Shown here piece after piece: positions 60,600 to 64,000 of a stretch of 64,000 bases of DNA (its first letter is position 1; each line of letters begins with the position of its first letter). The position numbers and the translations under genes are program-made. Below the pieces are notes generated by a model. It was not told the origin of the DNA and made no database searches. It saw only the letters and a list, made by a program, of their open reading frames with translations. The stretch lies in the IMG/VR virus record IMGVR_UViG_3300029355_000102; one strand, 5' to 3'. Source of the DNA: a virus.

Positions 60600-60720
60600 C
60601 GAGCGTTGGGAGTGCTGGTGCACCCCCTTGGCGCTGGGCGATCCCCGACCGATGAGCTTGGAGGTAAACGCCGCATGACACAGTTTACTTTACGCGCCCA
60701 TGTTTAGAGGGTAGACGCGT
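60600..60720. other. unexplained GC-rich segment between convergent genes
   Basis: about 65% GC versus about 35% flanks; no ORF. Confidence 0.2.
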
Positions 60721-60729
60721 TTCGTGATT

Positions 60730-62346
60730 TTATATACCATGTTCTAAATCAAGACTCTTTTTTTTTGAAGTTGAAGGTTTGATATTCCATCCGGAAGTCA
60801 ATGTCACTTTCTCAAAATTCTTTTCTACAGTACCCTTTGTATAAGTTAGGATGTTTTTTTCCAGAAAATTTTTGAAATCGGATGATCTCATGTCTCTGAA
60901 AATGTTTATATATTCATTTTTAAGAAATTCATTTATGGCATGTGCTGATATCTTTTTTTGCGTACACTTTTCTATAACATATAAGTTGCTTGGTACCGGT
61001 ACCATCGTGTCCAGCCCCATGAAGATATTACAGTCTACCATGAGAGTGTAAGCGCTGCTTTCGGCAAGAGGTGCGGAAATGCAGTAATTGGCTTGCTCAA
61101 GCAGGGAATCCACCAGCTCTTTTGTGGAAGAACTGATACTATTGGCCAATTGTTCATATCCTCTTAGATTCAGTTGGGATATGGTCTTTTCGATAGCCGG
61201 GATGAATTTCATTCCTGGACCCAGGTTCAAATCAAATCTTTTGTAATAGACAAGAAGCTCATTCCAATCTTTGTACCGTGAAGGTTTGATGATATTTACA
61301 TTGTCTATACCATGTTGTTTAAGATACTCGCCGGAGGAAAATGCATCTTCTTTGAAGGTCTGTGTGTTTCCATCCGGGAAACTTAAATAGATGGTCTTAT
61401 ATGTGTCTCCAGTGTTGGTCCTTGCAAAAGCTTTACATTCCTCGCCTTTGAGATAATATGCTGTGGTGATGTCAAAACCATTACCGCTGGCATCATTGTC
61501 ATAGCAACAATTCCACTTTACCTTATCAGATGGGAATATACGGCTTATATTCTCTATTTGGGATTTGGTGACATATCCCCCCGTGCTTATGAATGCGCAT
61601 GTGGTTTCTTTAGTATAATGGTTTATTTCGTAGAAACTCATTGCGTCAATGGCGGATTCAAAGAGATATATGTCCGTAACCTTGTCAAAAGGAACAAAAT
61701 TGGCCATCCAACAGCTTTGGGCCTTGTCACCACCCGTGGCAAAGGCTTTATAATTGGTATTGGTTTCTTCGAAATAGTTTCTCATTTCGAAGTTAAGTAT
61801 TTCCATCTGGGAGGGCTTACGGAATGGAAATCCGATATGATTGTTTTTCCCTACCTGGTAGATAAACAGTCTATTGGCGAAATCCTCCACAGTCTGTGGT
61901 GAGAGCCTCCTTTGGACGGTCAGATATGGATTGTCCTTTTTGATAGGACGGGGGTTCCAATAATTCAAATTGAATTCCTTAATGTAGTTCTGGGTGTGGT
62001 CTTTTGTACGGCTTTGTACGTTTCCGGTGACAATTCTTTCGCCAGTCATATATCTTGAAAGAACTTCATTGACTCCCCTATATCCCTGCTGAGTGCAATA
62101 AGAGAACATATGCAATCTTTTAAGGACGAACTTGGTCAGCTCTCCCTTATCGTCAAAGCTGCCTTTCCTTGAGAAATAGGTGTTCTTTTTAGGAAAGATG
62201 ACTATTTCGTCTTCTGGATTTTTGGGGGTGCCAAGAACATAGGTCAAGTTCGTTGCTTGTCTGCCCGATATGCGTGTATATCCGAGATCCTCTGCTATGT
62301 CTATGATTGATATTTTGGCCCTGCATTCATCGTAATCCATTTTCAT
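60730..62346 (-). CDS. Toprim-domain protein (primase/mobilisation-like)
   Basis: DIYLFESAIDAMSF Toprim acidic motif. Confidence 0.45.
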   Translation of the reverse strand: MKMDYDECRAKISIIDIAEDLGYTRISGRQATNLTYVLGTPKNPEDEIVIFPKKNTYFSRKGSFDDKGELTKFVLKRLHMFSYCTQQGYRGVNEVLSRYMTGERIVTGNVQSRTKDHTQNYIKEFNLNYWNPRPIKKDNPYLTVQRRLSPQTVEDFANRLFIYQVGKNNHIGFPFRKPSQMEILNFEMRNYFEETNTNYKAFATGGDKAQSCWMANFVPFDKVTDIYLFESAIDAMSFYEINHYTKETTCAFISTGGYVTKSQIENISRIFPSDKVKWNCCYDNDASGNGFDITTAYYLKGEECKAFARTNTGDTYKTIYLSFPDGNTQTFKEDAFSSGEYLKQHGIDNVNIIKPSRYKDWNELLVYYKRFDLNLGPGMKFIPAIEKTISQLNLRGYEQLANSISSSTKELVDSLLEQANYCISAPLAESSAYTLMVDCNIFMGLDTMVPVPSNLYVIEKCTQKKISAHAINEFLKNEYINIFRDMRSSDFKNFLEKNILTYTKGTVEKNFEKVTLTSGWNIKPSTSKKKSLDLEHGI

Positions 62347-62689
62347 ATCTTTTAAAATTTAAAATTACACATTTTTTTGAACTGATAGGGAAAAAAGGGA
62401 GAAAAACTTTTTTTATTCTCACGGCTCTTTCATTTAAGATCGGCCTAAGATATCCAAAAGATGTGTATTTTTAGCGAAAATGCCTAACTTTGCGCACAGC
62501 GATGCCGAAGCACCGCCTTCGGTGTTTCTTTATCATATAAATAAAAATTTTTAAGAGGCGGAGTGGCCGTGAAGGCTCTTCCGCCTCGATTTTCGCTATG
62601 CGAAAATATGCGTTAATTTGCTGATTTACAACTTTTTCGATTTAATATACCTTAAAAAGAAACACCGTTTTTGCCCGTCGGGCAGCATC

Positions 62690-63826
62690 ATGGAGAGACT
62701 GCAGGATTTTGCCTCGTCAGTCCCAGATTTCCGTAGATCAGACAAAGGGAACATACGCCACCGGCTCGAAGACATCATCATGCTGATGGTGCTTGCCCGT
62801 GCCTCAGGATGCGTAGGCCGAGCCGATATAATAGAATTCGGCAGGCACAATATCAATAAATTCCGCAAGATGGGGATGTTGAAGAAAGGTGTTCCCTCGG
62901 AAGCGACCCTATGCCGAGTGGATAATGGCATCAACGATACGGTCATGGCAGACAGAATGCAGGAGTTTGTCGAAGTGTTCCATGCTCGATTGCTCAGAAC
63001 TGTCCCTTGTAAAGAGATAATCTGCATCGACGGCAAAGCCGAGCGTGGTACGGTTCAGGAAAACGGGCGCAATCCTGATATAGTGTCGGCATATTCTTTC
63101 AATACCGGCATCACACTGACAACAGTGGCCTGTCAGGAAAAAAGCAACGAGATAAAGGCCGTCCCGCAGCTTATTGACAAGCTCAATATCACAGGAAAGG
63201 TCGTCACAGCCGACGCCATGTCCATGCAGAAGTGCATCATTGACAAAATCAGGAAGAAAGGAGGTGATTTCCTGATAGAACTCAAGGCCAATCAGCCTTC
63301 CCTGCGCTACGGCGTGGAAGACCGACTCGGTGGACTGTCACCGGTTTATACATATGTCGAAGGACCGGAACTCGGGCATGGCAGAATCGAGACCCGTACT
63401 TATCGTGTCTACGACGGGCTTGAAGTCATAGCAGACAAGGAGAAATGGGGCGGAAACATGACGATAATAGAATATGAAGCCGAAACGGTGAGGAAGTCAA
63501 CGGGAGCGCGTACCTCCGAAAAGAGGTTGTATGTGAGCAGTCTGCCTACCTGCACACCGGCTCTTGGGGCATATGTGCGAAAACATTGGTCTATAGAAAG
63601 CATGCACTGGAGTCTGGATGTCAATCTGCTGCAGGACAGCATTAAGCGCAAATCCTTCAAGGCGGCGCGGAATCTTGATACCATCCAGAGAATTGTCTAC
63701 TCAGTATTTTCAATATGGAAAGGCCTTCGTAAAAAGTGCTCCGACAAAAAGAAGGGGCTGGCAGAACTGATGAGACATGTCTCAATGAGCTTTACCCGAC
63801 TCCTTCGGTTTCTAAAGCAAAAATGA
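62690..63826 (+). mobile_element. ISAs1-family (IS4-related) transposase
   Basis: MERLQDF...HRLEDIIMLMVLARASGCVG N-terminal DDE_Tnp_1_assoc signature; DGKAERGT, DAMS, HWSIESMHWSLD. Confidence 0.75.
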
Positions 63827-63906
63827 AAAAAATAAAATTTTGACAGAAAGATAAATTACTGACATACAACATCAAAAAATTACCCGATTCACAAGAGGAT
63901 GTAAAT

Positions 63907-63960
63907 TAAACTGTGTCAGCAAGGAATAAAGTATTAACTTTGCTAACACAGTTTTTTTTA
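63907..63960 (+). terminator. rho-independent terminator
   Basis: aaactgtgtcagcaa...ttgctaacacagttt long hairpin followed by T8. Confidence 0.5.
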
Positions 63961-64000
63961 TGAAAGAAGAATTTGATTTCGAGAGTATCAAGAACAAGGC

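Overview
This 64 kb window looks like a Bacteroidales (Bacteroides/Phocaeicola-type) temperate tailed prophage followed by a second mobile/defence island. The host call rests on the AT-rich sequence, TAnnTTTG -7 promoter elements and lipobox lipoproteins. Layout: (i) 1-27.1 kb, + strand: virion module with head-tail joining proteins, major tail protein with a strong terminator, G/GT tail chaperones, a 1826-aa tape measure, distal tail/baseplate/fibre genes and a lysis cassette. The tail module is interrupted at 9.6-13.7 kb by a minus-strand moron. (ii) 27.1-47.4 kb, - strand: early/replication/anti-restriction module (RecT + exonuclease, HU, RuvC, RtcB RNA ligase, three DNA methyltransferases, radical-SAM protein, SPFH protein). 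(iii) 47.4-51.2 kb: immunity and integration (S24 LexA/CI-like repressor, CI-type HTH, tyrosine integrase). (iv) 51.2-63.96 kb: iteron-like repeat field, ParA, DUF3791/DUF3990, ORF6N, Fic, RhuM, Abi, serine recombinase, a decayed group II intron remnant, a Toprim protein and an ISAs1-family transposase. Most notable finding: a diversity-generating retroelement (DGR) at 19.6-23.0 kb. Its template repeat (21081-21188) matches a variable repeat at the 3' end of a tail-fibre gene (20794-20901) and a second variable repeat 14 kb away on the opposite strand inside a small early-region gene (35121-35228). All 22 differences lie at template-repeat adenines. The DGR reverse transcriptase ORF is broken by three frameshifts. 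Second notable finding: five poly-G tracts (G8-G11, coding sense) inside early genes. Three of them frameshift a Dam-like MTase, a Dcm-like MTase and a zinc-ribbon ORF, which points to phase-variable contingency loci (or homopolymer indel errors). Also found: a Panacea-domain antitoxin paired with an unknown partner inside the tail module, a promoter-plus-terminator sRNA candidate, and a 163-nt tRNA-like RNA with canonical acceptor/D/T arms but an oversized insertion.
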